Origin: Torpedo marmorata
Taxonomy: Eukaryota
Direction of reading: 5' to 3'
NCBI GenBank assembly: GCA_977017645.1
Contig: OZ360230.1
Coordinates: 32,736,001 to 32,800,000 of the forward strand
Length of the DNA: 64,000 nucleotides
Each line of letters starts with the position of its first letter. Position 1 is the first letter of the stretch. The position numbers and the translations under genes were made by a program. The notes beneath the pieces are model-generated. The model was not told the DNA's origin. It worked only from the letters and a program-made list of their open reading frames with translations, and ran no database searches. Below, piece by piece: positions 11,901-26,900 of the stretch.

Positions 11901-14900
11901 CAAGTACGAGAAAATATTCCAATCAATCTTATAAACTAGCAATTATCTGAATGGTGACTCGTATTTGACAGGATGTCACACTTTATTTTCAATTATTGTT
12001 AACCATTTCTTCTTCTCAGTTTCATTTCCCCTTCAAAAATGTAAGTGCTCTGTTGTATAATAAGCTGTTTCATTACATCCAGAGAGTCAACTTGACTTTA
12101 ACATCAGCACGTTTTGTCTTCATTTTCAGTATCAGAACAAAGCACGACCACCCCGGCTCCTTCAACCACCTCTGCTACAAGTAGTGAAACAACAGGTAGA
12201 TTTATACATCAAAAGTATCAATACAATACATTGCAGATATGACAGTGGCTTTTTAGGGGCTTCCAGATAGACGCGTGAATATACGGGGAAAAACGGGTTA
12301 AGTAACATTGAAAACACGAGAGATTTTGGAAATTTAGGCATCAGGTAAATCGTTGACATAATGAGACCTTGGGCCGATTCCGGTGCAGTTCTGTTCTATT
12401 GTCCAGGTTCCCCACAGTCATGTATTCTCTCAATTCAAATGATGATTGGAGAAGCTTGATAAATTTCTCTTCAGATTTCTGAACTGCTGAAGAAAATCAT
12501 GTTCACTTTATAGTTCCATGCACTGAATCACAGAGCTATTCCGTAGATATGGTATATTTGAGAAAAAAAAATTCTTAAAAATAACCATTAGTCTTGCAAG
12601 ACGAGAACACGTGTGAATTTGCATTTTTTATGCCTCCACATTATAAAATCTAACTATTAAAATAAAAATGGCTTTGCCGTCACTGTAAAGCGTTCAAATA
12701 ACTAAATTGCCCAGCTCACTCAAATTACCAAGCAGAATGCAACCCAATCAAATGAATATTAAGCTGTAGTCACTGCTGTCATATATGCATTTACTTTTGG
12801 CTCTAACATCCTTTTCAAACACATTCAACTCATGTAAAATCCAGATAATTTTGAAATCTAACAAATAATTCATCAATGGACAACCAACAAATAAATATCG
12901 ATGCCAATTCTACAACTTTTACCTTTAACTATTCATTGATATTTCATGGGGGTTCCCTTCAAGATAAACATGCAGTTCCATGACATCAGTTGCCAACTAC
13001 GTTATTGCTTTCTGATATACTTGGCATCAGAAAGGAAATGAAAGTAATTTGAATAGAGATCTGACTTCTAGGATTGTTGAATCTCTGTCTAGAACATAGA
13101 AGCTAGAACATAGAACAATTCAGCACAGTACAGGCCATTCGGCCCTTGATGTTGTGCCGACCCATATATTCCTTACTAAAAAAAATATACTAAACATTCC
13201 CTACGCTATAACCCTCTATTTCTCTTTCATCCATGTGTCTGTCCAAGTGTCTTTTAAATTCCCCCAATGTTTCAACATCCACCACCATCCCCGGCAATGC
13301 ATTCCAGGCACCCACAACTCTCTGTGTAAAAAACCTACCCCTGATGTCTCCCCTAAACTTCCCTCCATTAACTTTGTACATATGTCCTCTGGTGTTTGCA
13401 GATCCTGCCCTGGGAAACAGGTGCTGGCTGTCCACCATATCTAAGCCTCTCATAATCTTGTAGACCTCCATCAAGTCTCCTCTCATTCTTCTGCACTCCA
13501 AAGAGAAAGGTCCCAGCTCTGCTAACCTTGCCTCAATAGACTTGTTTCCCAATCCAGCCAACATCCTGCTAATTTCCGCTGCACCCTCTCCATAGCTTCC
13601 ACATATTTCCTATAATCAGGTGACCAGAACTGAACACAATACTTACCAAAGATTTGTGGAGTTGCAACATGACCTCTCTACTCCTGAATTCAATCCCCCT
13701 AATAATGAATCCCAGCATCACATATGCCTTTTTAAATATCCTGTCAACCTGTGCGGCGACCTTGAGGGATGTATGGATTTGTACCGCATGGTCCAAAAGT
13801 TCATCCACACTCTTAAATATCCAACCATTAACCCTGTACTCAGCCTTCTGGTTTGTCCTTCCAAAATGCATCACCTCACACTTATCCGGATTGAAATCCA
13901 TCTGCCACTTTTCTGCCCAACTCAGCATCCTGTCAAAATCCTCTTGTAAACTTCGACAACCTTCAGCTCCATCTGCAACTCCTCCAACCTTCGTGTCATC
14001 CGCAAACTTACTGACCCATCCTTCCGCCTCTTCATCCAGGTCATTTATAAAAATCACAAAGAGCAGGGGTCCCAGAACAGATCTAATAGCAGCTTTCCAT
14101 GCCTCTATGTATTTTAACAATCATTTTCACATATTTCAAGGAACTACATCTGTGACAACAGAACCAAGCACCTCCACAGAGCAAATTACATCTTTGATCA
14201 CTTCTACAACAGAGTCAACATCATTTGTCACAGGTAACATCAATAATAACCTGCTACTCCAATTGTTGGCATGGAATACATTGTAAGTGTAAAAATATTG
14301 TCTCGTTCACATAATCTCCTGTGGAGCTATGCAAGGCGAGAGACCTGACTGTCATCAGAAAGGATCATCGAGTCAGGCTCATGCCCCGATGAACTGACAG
14401 TTGCATCCAAGTTTTGATTGAAGGAATTTACTGGGAAATTAATCCTCAAGTGTCAGTTTGGTAAATCAGTGTTTAATAAATACATTTTTCAACTTCAAAA
14501 ACCAAAAGTTGATTGAAATGATCATGCAGATTTCTTCGCATTCACTTATACCTGTTGCCATTTTTGCTGAGGCAAAATGGGTAAGCATTTGGTGCATATT
14601 ACTAAGAACAAATTTCAACCATCGCTCGAGGCTGACAGTTATCAACCTCATGTTGATCCTGACTCTAATTTTTCAGGATGCAACATATAATGTTCAATAT
14701 TGGCTTAGAATTTATTTTCCTTAATTTCATGCTTGCCTCTGTAATTTAACTGCATTATCATATAATAAGAAATTTTATTGTATCCAGAAAATTGTTGTCT
14801 TTAACATCAACGCATGCCTGAATTTATTTTCAGTCGCAGAAACAAGCACGGCCAACACTGCCCCTTCTACCACTCCAGGCACAAGCAGCGAGAAAACAGG

Positions 14901-17900
14901 TACAATCATGCACCATATACGTATCCACCGTTCGGTCTTCTCTCCCAGTCAATATTTCCTCTTGATGCAAATTAAAAACAGTAGCGATGCCTGATGTTTA
15001 AAGTTGAAAAGATTCTTCATCATGGCTAAACACAGTTCCATTCAGTGATTCAATGAAAAATTGCACAGATAAAGCATATTTGCGACAGCAGATTTAAGAA
15101 AAATAATTAGATGCCCAGCAAGATGAAAATCTAACTGTAAATTTGTCTTGTCGTGTCTCTACGTAAACTAACGTAATAATTCGTCAACAATACCTTTGCC
15201 ATGTCTGTGACGAATTCAAATGTCAAAAGGGGCTTCACATCAAGCACTAAACATCAGACTGCAGTGATTGGTGCCAAATACACAATCATTTACACGCTCT
15301 ATTTTTTATTTTCAAAATCCTTGCAGTCAGCTAAAGTAATGTTGCCATTAAAATCTATTCAATGGTTTATCAAGGACTGACGCACAAGTAGGTAACGGTG
15401 AAAAGTTCACAATTTTCCCCAACTATTCACTCATCACTTGCTGTGACATGGAACCTTCTTCACTTCGAAAATAATCAACAGTCACAAGGTATCCCTTGCA
15501 ACATTGCTATTACACAAACTATTTGTCATAAGAAAGGAAATAAAATTAATTCACTGTTACATCATCTGTTTAAACCATGTATTAGAGCAGCTTGAACATG
15601 CTCTGATGTATTTTAACTAAATTCAATGTGTATCAATTTAAAGGATCTCTATCTACAACGACAGAAGGAAGTACCTCCTCAGTGGAAAGTACGACTTTCA
15701 GCTCTTCAACAACAGAGCCAACATCAACGTCAATAGGTAACATCAATGGGCACCGAGGAGTTGTATGTTGGCAGGGATGAGTTACAAATTGTAAAAATAT
15801 ACCTCCAATCAAATATGTACTTGGTGTATTGTCCAAGGCTGCATGTCAACAGAAAGGTTAAACTGTTCAAAGTCATTCCCGTATGGAAATTCTGTGGTGT
15901 CAAATGTTCTGATCAATATAAATTATGTACATATTATTGCTCAGGGAGGCATAGGTTGCACCCCTGCGTGATGAATTCCATGTGAAGTCGTATATTTCAG
16001 AGCAGTCACTTCAACAGGATGGAATGAATTGAGGGATTAACGATAATCATTCATTGTACAAGTACGAGAAAATATTCCAATCAATCTTAAAAACTAGCAA
16101 TTATCTGAATGGTGACTCGTATTGGACAGGATGTCACACTTTATTTTCAAATATTGGTTACCATTTCTTCTTCTCAGTTTCATTTCCCCTTCAAAAATGT
16201 AAGTGCTCTGTTGTATAATAAGCTGTTTCATTACATCCAGAGAGTCAACTTGACTTTAACATCAGCACGTTTTGTCTTCATTTTCAGTATCAGAACAAAG
16301 CACGACCACCTTGGCTCCTTCAACCACCTCTGCTACAAGTAGTGAAACAACAGGTAGATTTATACATCAAAAGTATCAATACAATACATTGCAGATATGA
16401 CAGTGGCTTTTTAGGGGCTTCCATATAGACGCGTGAATATACAGGGAAAAACGGGTTAAGTAACATTGAAAACACGAGAGATTTTGGAAATTTAGGCATC
16501 AGGTAAATTGCTGACATAATGAGACCTTGGGCCGATTCCGGTGCAGTTCTGTTCTATTGTCCAGGTTCCCCACAGTCATGTATTCTCTCAATTCAAGTGA
16601 TGATTGGAGATGCTTGATAAATTTCTCTTCAGATTTCTGAACTGTTGATGAAAATCATGTTCACTTTATAGTTCCATGCACTGAATCATTGAACTATTCC
16701 GTAGATATGGCATATTTGAGAAAAAAAAATTCTTAAAAATAACCATTGGTCTTACAATACGAGAACACGTGCGAATTTGCATTTTTTATGCCTCCACATT
16801 ATAAAATCTAACTATTAAAATAAAAATGGCTTTGCCGTCACTGTAAAGCGTTCAAATAACAAAATTGCCCAGCTCACTCAAATTAACAAGAAGAATTCAA
16901 CCTAATCAAATGAATATTAAGCTGTAGTCACTGCTGTCATATATGCATTCACTTTCTGGCTCTAACATCCTTTTCAAACACATTCAACTCATGTAAAATC
17001 CAGATAATTTTGAAATCTAACAAATAATTCATCAATGGACAACCAACAAATAAATATCGATGCCAATTCTACAACTTTTACCATTAACTATTCATTGATA
17101 TTTCATGGAGGTTCCCTTCAAGATAAACATGCAGTTCCATGACATCAGTTGCCAACTATGTTATTGCATTCTGAAATACTTGGCATCTGAAAGGAAATGA
17201 AAGTAATTTGAATAGAGATCTGACTTCCAGGATTGTTGAATCTCTGTCTAGAACATAGAAGCTAGAACATAGAACAATTCAGCACAGTACAGGCCATTCG
17301 GCCCTTGATGTTGTGGCAACCCACATATTCCTAAATAAATAAAAAATACTAAACCCTCCCCACCCTATAACCCTCTATTTCTCTTTCATCCATGTGTCTG
17401 TCCAAATGTCTTTTAAATTGCTCCAATGGTTCAAAATCCACCACCATTCCCTGCAATGCATTACAGGCACCCACAACTCTCTGTGTAAAAAACGTACCCC
17501 TGATGTCTCCCCTAAACTTCCCTCCATTAACTTTGTACATATGTCCTCTGGTGTTTGCAGATCCTGATCTGGGAAACAGGTGCTGGCTGTCCACCCTATC
17601 TATGCCTCTCATAATCTTGTAGACCTCCATCAAGTCTCCTCTCATCCTTCTGCACTCCAAAGAGAAAGGTCCCAGCTCTGCTAACCTTGCCTCAATAGAC
17701 TTGTTTCCCAATCCAGCCAACAATCTGGTAAATTTCCGCTGCACCCTCTCCATAGTTTCCACATATTTTCTATAATCAGGTGACCAGAACTGAACACAAT
17801 ACTGACCAAAGATTTGTGGAGTTACAACATGACCTCTCTACTCCTGAATTCAATCCCCCTAATAATGAATCCCAGCATCACATATGCCTTTTTAAATATC

Positions 17901-20900
17901 CTGTCAACCTGTGCGGCGACCTTGAGGGATGTATGGATTTGTACCGCATGGTCAAAATGTTCATCCACACTCTTAAATATCCAACCATTAACCCTGTACT
18001 CAGCATTCTGATTTGTCCTTCCAAAATGCATCACCTCACACTTATCCGGATTGAAATCCATCTGCCACTTTTCTGCCCAACTCAGCATCCTGTCAAAATC
18101 CTCTTGTAAACTTCGACAACCTTCAGCTCCATCTACAACTCCTCCAACCTTCGTGTCATCCGCAAACTTACTGACCCATCCTTCCGCCTCTTCATCCAGG
18201 TCATTTATAAAAATCACAAAGAGCAGGGGTCCCAGAAAAGATCTAATAGCAGCTTTCCATGCCTCTATGTATTTTAACAATCATTTTCACATATTTCAAG
18301 GAACTACATCTGTGACAACAGAACCAAGCACCTCCACCGAGCAAATTACATCTTTGACCACTTCTACAACAGAGTCAACATCATTTGTCACAGGTAACAT
18401 CAATAACAACCTGCTACTCCAATTGTTGGCATGGAATACATTGTAAGAGTAAAAATATTGTCTCGTTCACGTAATCTCCTGTGGAGCTATGCAAGGCGAG
18501 AGACCTGACTGTCATCAGAAAGGATCATCGAGTCAGGCTCATGCCCCGATGAACTGACAGTTGCATCCAAGTTTTGATTGAAGGAATTTACTGGGAAATT
18601 AATCCTCAAGTGTCAGGTGCGAAAATCAGTGTTTAATAAATACATTTTTCAACTTCAAAAACCAAAAGTTGATTGAAATGATCATGCAGATTTCTTCGCA
18701 TTCACTTATACCTGTTGCCATTTTTTGCTGAGGCAAAATGGGTAAGCATTTGGTGCATATTACTAAGAACAAATTTCAACCATCGCTCGAGGCTGACAGT
18801 TATCAACCTCATGTTGATCCTGACTGTAATTGGTCAGGATGCAACATATAATGTTCAATACTGGCTTAGAATTTATTTTCCTTAATTTCATGTTTGCCTC
18901 TGTAATTTAACTGCATTATCATATAATAAGAAATTTTATTGTATCCAGATAATTGTTGCCTTTAACATCCATGCATGCCTGAATTTATTTTCAGTCTCAG
19001 AAACAAGCACGGCCACCACTGCCCCTTCTACCACTCCAGGCACAAGCAGCGAGACAACAGGTACAATCATGCACCATAAACGTATCCACCGTTCGGTCTT
19101 CTCTCCCAGTCAATATTTCCTCTTGATGCAAATGAAAAACAGTAGCGATGCCTGATGTTTAAAGCTGAAAAGAATCTTCATCACGGCAAAACACAGTTCC
19201 ATTCAGTGATTCAATGAAAAATTGCACTGATAAAGCATATTTGCGACAGCAGATTTAAGAAAAATAATCAGATGCCCAGCAAGATGAAAATCTAACAGTA
19301 AATTTGTCTTGTCGTGTCTCTACATAAACTAACGTAATGATTCGAGAACAATACCTTTGCCATGTCTGTGACGAATTCAAATGTCAAAAGGGGCTTCACA
19401 TGAAGCACTAAACATCAGACTGCAGTGATTGGTGCCAGATACACAATCATTTACACGCTCTATTTTTTATTTTCAAAATCCTTGCAGTCAGCTAAAGTAA
19501 TGTTGCCATTAAAATCTATTCAATGGTTTATCAAGGACTGACGCACAATTAGGTAACGGTAAAAAGTTCATAATTTTCCCCAACTATTCACTCATCACTT
19601 GCTGTGACATGGAACCTTCTTCACTTCGAAAATAATCAATAGTCACAAGGTATCCCTTGCAACATTGCTATTAAACAAACTATTTGTCATAAGAAAGGAA
19701 ATAAAATTACTTCACTGTTACATCGTCTATTTAAACCATAAATTAGAGCAGCTTGAACATACTCTGATGTATTTTAACTAAATTCAATGTGTATCAATTT
19801 AAAGGATCTCTATCTACAACGACAGAGGGAAGTACCTCCTCAGTGGAAAGTACGACTTTCAGCTCATCAACAACAGAGCCAACATCAACGTCAACAGGTA
19901 ACATCAATAGGCACCGAGGCTTTGTATGTTGGCAGGGATGAGTTACAAATTGTAAAAATATACCTCCAATCAAATATGTGCTTGGTGTATTGTCCAAGGC
20001 TGCATGTCATCAGAAAAAGTTAAACTGTTCAAAGTCATTCCCGTATGGAAATTCTGTGGTGTGAAATGTTCTGATCAATATAAATTATGTACATATTAAT
20101 GCTCAGGGGGGCATAGGTTGCATCCCTGCGTGATGAATTCCATGTTAAGTCATATACTTCAGATCAGTCACTTCAACAGGATGGAATGAATTGAGGGATT
20201 AACGATAATCATTCATTGTACAAGTACGAGAAAATATTCCAATCAATCTTATAAACTAGCAATTATCTGAATGGTGACTCGTATTTGACAGGATGTCACA
20301 CTTTATTTTCAATTATTGTTAACCATTTCTTCTTCTCAGTTTCATTTCCCCTTCAAAAATGTAAGTGCTCTGTTGTATAATAAGCTGTTTCATTACATCC
20401 AGAGAGTCAACTTGACTTTAACATCAGCACGTTTTGTCTTCATTTTCAGTATCAGAACAAAGCGCAACCACCCCGGCTCCTTCAACCACCTCTGCTACAA
20501 GTAGTGAAACAACAGGTAGATTTATACATCAAAAGTATCAATACAATACATTGCAGATATGACAGTGGCTTTTTAGGGGCTTCCAGATAGACGCGTGAAT
20601 ATACGGGGAAAAACGGGTTAAGTAACATTGAAAACACGAGAGATTTTGGAAATTTAGGCATCAGGTAAATCGTTGACATAATGAGACCTTGGGCCGATTC
20701 CGGTGCAGTTCTGTTCTATTGTCCAGGTTCCCCACAGTCATGTATTCTCTCAATTCAAATGATGATTGGAGAAGCTTGATAAATTTCTCTTCAGATTTCT
20801 GAACTGCTGAAGAAAATCATGTTCACTTTATAGTTCCATGCACTGAATCACTGAGCTATTCCGTAGATATGGTATATTTGAGAAAAAAAAATTCTTAAAA

Positions 20901-23900
20901 ATAACCATTAGTCTTGCAAGACGAGAACACGTGTGAATTTGCATTTTTTATGCCTCCACATTATAAAATCTAACTATTAAAATAAAAATGGCTTTGCCGT
21001 CACTGTAAAGCGTTCAAATAACTAAATTGCCCAGCTCACTCAAATTACCAAGCAGAATTCAACCTAATCAAATGAATATTAAGCTGTAGTCACTGCTGTC
21101 ATATATGCATTTACTTTTGGCTCTAACATTCTTTTCAAACACATTCAACTCATGTAAAATCCAGATAATTTTGAAATCTAACAAATAATTCATCAATGGA
21201 CAACCAACAAATAAATATCGATGCCAATTCTACAACTTTTACCTTTAACTATTCATTGATATTTCATGGGGGTTCCCTTCAAGATAAACATGCAGTTCCA
21301 TGACATCAGTTGCCAACTACGTTATTGCTTTCTGATATACTTGGCATCAGAAAGGAAATGAAAGTAATTTGAATAGAGATCTGACTTCCAGGATTGTTGA
21401 ATCTCTGTCTAGAACATAGAAGCTAGAACATAGAACAATTCAGCACAGTACAGGCCATTCGGCCCTTGATGTTGTGCCGACCCATATATTCCTTACTAAA
21501 AAAAATATACTAAACATTCCCTACGCTATAACCCTCTATTTCTCTTTCATCCATGTGTCTGTCCAAGTGTCTTTTAAATTCCCCCAATGTTTCAACATCC
21601 ACCACCATCCCCGGCAATGCATTCCAGGCACCCACAACTCTCTGTGTAAAAAACCTACCCCTGATGTCTCCCCTAAACTTCCCTCCATTAACTTTGTACA
21701 TATGTCCTCTGGTGTTTGCAGATCCTGCCCTGGGAAACAGGTGCTGGCTGTCCACCATATCTAAGCCTCTCATAATCTTGTAGACCTCCATCAAGTCTCC
21801 TCTCATTCTTCTGCACTCCAAAGAGAAAGGTCCCAGCTCTGCTAACCTTGCCTCAATAGACTTGTTTCCCAATCCAGCCAACATCCTGGTAAATTTCCGC
21901 TGCACCCTCTCCATAGCTTCCACATATTTCCTATAATCAGGTGACCAGAACTGAACACAATACTTACCAAAGATTTGTGGAGTTGCAACATGACCTCTCT
22001 ACTCCTGAATTCAATCCCCCTAATAATGAATCCCAGCATCACATATGCCTTTTTAAATATCCTGTCAACCTGTGCGGCGACCTTGAGGGATGTATGGATT
22101 TGTACCGCATGGTCCAAAAGTTCATCCACACTCTTAAATATCCAACCATTAACCCTGTACTCAGCCTTCTGGTTTGTCCTTCCAAAATGCATCACCTCAC
22201 ACTTATCCGGATTGAAATCCATCTGCCACTTTTCTGCCCAACTCAGCATCCTGTCAAAATCCTCTTGTAAACTTCGACAACCTTCAGCTCCATCTGCAAC
22301 TCCTCCAACCTTCGTGTCATCCGCAAACTTACTGACCCATCCTTCCGCCTCTTCATCCAGGTCATTTATAAAAATCACAAAGAGCAGGGGTCCCAGAACA
22401 GATCTAATAGCAGCTTTCCATGCCTCTATGTATTTTAACAATCATTTTCACATATTTCAAGGAACTACATCTGTGACAACAGAACCAAGCACCTCCACAG
22501 AGCAAATTACATCTTTGACCACTTCTACAACAGAGTCAACATCATTTGTCACAGGTAACATCAATAATAACCTGCTACTCCAATTGTTGGCATGGAATAC
22601 ATTGTAAGTGTAAAAATATTGTCTCGTTCACATAATCTCCTGTGGAGCTATGCAAGGCGAGAGACCTGACTGTCATCAGAAAGGATCATCGAGTCAGGCT
22701 CATGCCCCGATGAACTGACAGTTGCATCCAAGTTTTGATTGAAGGAATTTACTGGGAAATTAATCCTCAAGTGTCAGTTTGGTAAATCAGTGTTTAATAA
22801 ATACATTTTTCAACTTCAAAAACCAAAAGTTGATTGAAATGATCATGCAGATTTCTTCGCATTCACTTATACCTGTTGCCATTTTTGCTGAGGCAAAATG
22901 GGTAAGCATTTGGTGCATATTACTAAGAACAAATTTCAACCATCGCTCGAGGCTGACAGTTATCAACCTCATGTTGATCCTGACTCTAATTTGTCAGGAT
23001 GCAACATATAATGTTCAATACTGGCTTAGAATTTATTTTCCTTAATTTCATGCTTGCCTCTGTAATTTAACTGCATTATCATATAATAAGAAATTTTATT
23101 GTATCCAGAAAATTGTTGTCTTTAACATCAACGCATGCCTGAATTTATTTTCAGTCGCAGAAACAAGCACGGCCAACACTGCCCATTCTACCACTCCAGG
23201 CACAAGCAGCGAGAAAACAGGTACAATCATGCACCATATACGTATCCACCGTTCGGTCTTCTCTCCCAGTCAATATTTCCTCTTGATGCAAATTAAAAAC
23301 AGTAGCGATGCCTGATGTTTAAAGTTGAAAAGATTCTTCATCATGGCTAAACACAGTTCCATTCAGTGATTCAATGAAAAATTGCACAGATAAAGCATAT
23401 TTGCGACAGCAGATTTAAGAAAAATAATTAGATGCCCAGCAAGATGAAAATCTAACTGTAAATTTGTCTTGTCGTGTCTCTACGTAAACTAACGTAATGA
23501 TTCGACAACAATACCTTTGCCATGTCTGTGACGAATTCAAATGTCAAAAGGGGCTTCACATCAAGCACTAAACATCAGACTGCAGTGATTGGTGCCAAAT
23601 ACACAATCATTTACACGCTCTATTTTTTATTTTCAAAATCCTTGCAGTCAGCTAAAGTAATGTTGCCATTAAAATCTATTCAATGGTTTATCAAGGACTG
23701 ACGCACAAGTAGGTAACGGTGAAAAGTTCACAATTTTCCCCAACTATTCACTCATCACTTGCTGTGACATGGAACCTTCTTCACTTCGAAAATAATCAAC
23801 AGTCACAAGGTATCCCTTGCAACATTGCTATTACACAAACTATTTGTCATAAGAAAGGAAATAAAATTAATTCACTGTTACATCGTCTGTTTAAACCATG

Positions 23901-26900
23901 TATTAGAGCAGCTTGAACATGCTCTGATGTATTTTAACTAAATTCAATGTGTATCAATTTAAAGGATCTCTATCTACAACGACAGAAGGAAGTACCTCCT
24001 CAGTGGAAAGTACGACTTTCAGCTCTTCAACAACAGAGCCAACATCAACGTCAATAGGTAACATCAATGGGCACCGAGGAGTTGTATGTTGGCAGGGATG
24101 AGTTACAAATTGTAAAAATATACCTCCAATCAAATATGTACTTGGTGTATTGTCCAAGGCTGCATGTCAACAGAAAGGTTAAACTGTTCAAAGTCATTCC
24201 CGTATGGAAATTCTGTGGTGTCAAATGTTCTGATCAATATAAATTATGTACATATTATTGCTCAGGGGGGCATAGGTTGCAACCCTGCGTGATGAATTCC
24301 ATGTGAAGTCGTATATTTCAGAGCAGTCACTTCAACAGGATGGAATGAATTGAGGGATTAACGATAATCATTCATTGTACAAGTACGAGAAAATATTCCA
24401 ATCAATCTTAAAAATTAGCAATTATCTGAATGGTGACTCGTATTGGACAGGATGTCACACTTTATTTTCAAATATTGGTTACCATTTCTTCTTCTCAGTT
24501 TCATTTCCCCTTCAAAAATGTAAGTTCTCTGTTGTTTAATAAGCTGTTTCATTATATCCAGAGAGTCAACTTGACTTTAACATCAGCACGTTTTGTCTTC
24601 ATTTTCAGTATCAGAACAAAGCACGACCACCTTGGCTCCTTCAACCACCTCTGCTACAAGTAGTGAAACAACAGGTAGATTTATACATCAAAAGTATCAA
24701 TACAATACATTGAAGATATGACAGTGGCTTTTTAGGGGCTTCCATATAGACGCGTGAATATACAGGGAAAAACGGGTTAAGTAACATTGAAAACACGAGA
24801 GATTTTGGAAATTTAGGCATCAGGTAAATTGCTGACATAATGAGACCTTGGGCCGATTCCGGTGCAGTTCTGTTCTATTGTCCAGGTTCCCCACAGTCAT
24901 GTATTCTCTCAATTCAAGTGATGATTGGAGATGCTTGATAAATTTCTCTTCAGATTTCTGAACTGTTGATGAAAATCATGTTCACTTTATAGTTCCATGC
25001 ACTGAATCATTGAACTATTCCGTAGATATGGCATATTTGAGAAAAAAAAATTCTTAAAAATAACCATTGGTCTTGCAATACGAGAACACGTGCGAATTTG
25101 CATTTTTTATGCCTCCACATTATAAAATCTAACTATTAAAATAAAAATGGCTTTGCCGTCACTGTAAAGCGTTCAAATAACAAAATTGCCCAGCTCACTC
25201 AAATTACCAAGAAGAATTCAACCTAATCAAATGAATATTAAGCTGTAGTCACTGCTGTCATATATGCATTCACTTTCTGGCTCTAACATCCTTTTCAAAC
25301 ACATTCAACTCATGTAAAATCCAGATAATTTTGAAATCTAACAAATAATTCATCAATGGACAACCAACAAATAAATATCGATGCCAAGTCTACAACTTTT
25401 ACCATTAACTATTCATTGATATTTCATGGAGGTTCCCTTCAAGATAAACATGCAGTTCCATGACATCAGTTGCCAACTACGTTATTGCATTCTGAAATAC
25501 TTGGCATCAGAAAGGAAATGAAAGTAATTTGAATAGAGATCTGACTTCCAGGATTGTTGAATCTCTGTCTAGAACATAGAAGCTAGAACATAGAACAATT
25601 CAGCACAGTACAGGCCATTCGGCCCTTGATGTTGTGGCAACCCACATATTCCTAAATAAATAAAAAATACTAAACCCTCCCTACCCTATAACCCTCTATT
25701 TCTCTTTCATCCATGTGTCTGTCCAAGTGTCTTTTAAATTGCTCCAATGGTTCAACATCCACCACCATTCCCTGCAATGCATTCCAGGCACCCACAACTC
25801 TCTGTGTAAAAAACGTACCCCTGATGTCTCCCCTAAACTTCCCTCCATTAACTTTGTACATATGTCCTCTGGTGTTTGCAGATCCTGATCTGGGAAACAG
25901 GTGCTGGCTGTCCACCCTATCTATGCCTCTCATAATCTTGTAGACCTCCATCGTCTCCTCTCATCCTTCTGCACTCCAAAGAGAAAGGTCCCAGCTCTGC
26001 TAACCTTGCCTCAATAGACTTGTTTCCCAATCCAGCCAACAATCTGGTAAATTTCCGCTGCACCCTCTCCATAGCTTCCACATATTTCCTATAATCAGGT
26101 GACCAGAACTGAACACAATACTTACCAAAGATTTGTGGAGTTGCAACATGACCTCTCTACTCCTGAATTCAATCCCCCTAATAATGAATACCAACATCAC
26201 ATATGCCTTTTTAAATATCCTGTCAACCTGTGCGGCGACCTTGAGGGATGTATGGATTTGTACCGCATGGTCCAAATGTTCATCCACACTCTTAAATATC
26301 CAACCATTAACCCTGTACTCAGCCTTCTGGTTTGTCCTTCCAAAATGCATCACTTCACAATTATCCGGATTGAAATCCATCTGCCACTTTTCTGCCCAAC
26401 TCTGCATCCTGTCAAAATCCTCTTGTAAACTTCGACAACCTTCAGCTCCATCTGCAACTCCTCCAACCTTCGTGTCATCCGCAAACTTACTGACCCATCC
26501 TTCCGCCTCTTCATCCAGGTCATTTATAAAAATCACAAAGAGCAGGGGTCCCAGAACAGATCTAATAGCAGCTTTCCATGCCTCTATGTATTTTAACAAT
26601 CATTTTCACATATTTCAAGGAACTACATCTGTGACAACAGAACCAAGCACCTCCACAGAGCAAATTACATCTTTGACAACTTCTACAACAGAGTCAACAT
26701 CATTTGTCACAGGTAACATCAATAATAACCTGCTACTCCAATTGTTGGCATGGAATACATTGTAAGAGTAAAAATATTGTCTCGTTCACGTAATCTCTTG
26801 TGGAGCTATGCAAGGCGAGAGATCTGACTGTCATCAGAAAGGATCATCAAGTCAGGCTCATGCCCCGATGAACTGACAGTTGCATCCAAGTTTTGATTGA

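Noticed and set aside
13654-14286. Recurrent 210-aa + strand ORF ending ...[13 protein letters not shown]...LLAWNTL
   Set aside because: It is the antisense frame of the CR1 fragment running through exon D into the intron, and it is broken in many units. Only the 93-nt exon part is credible.
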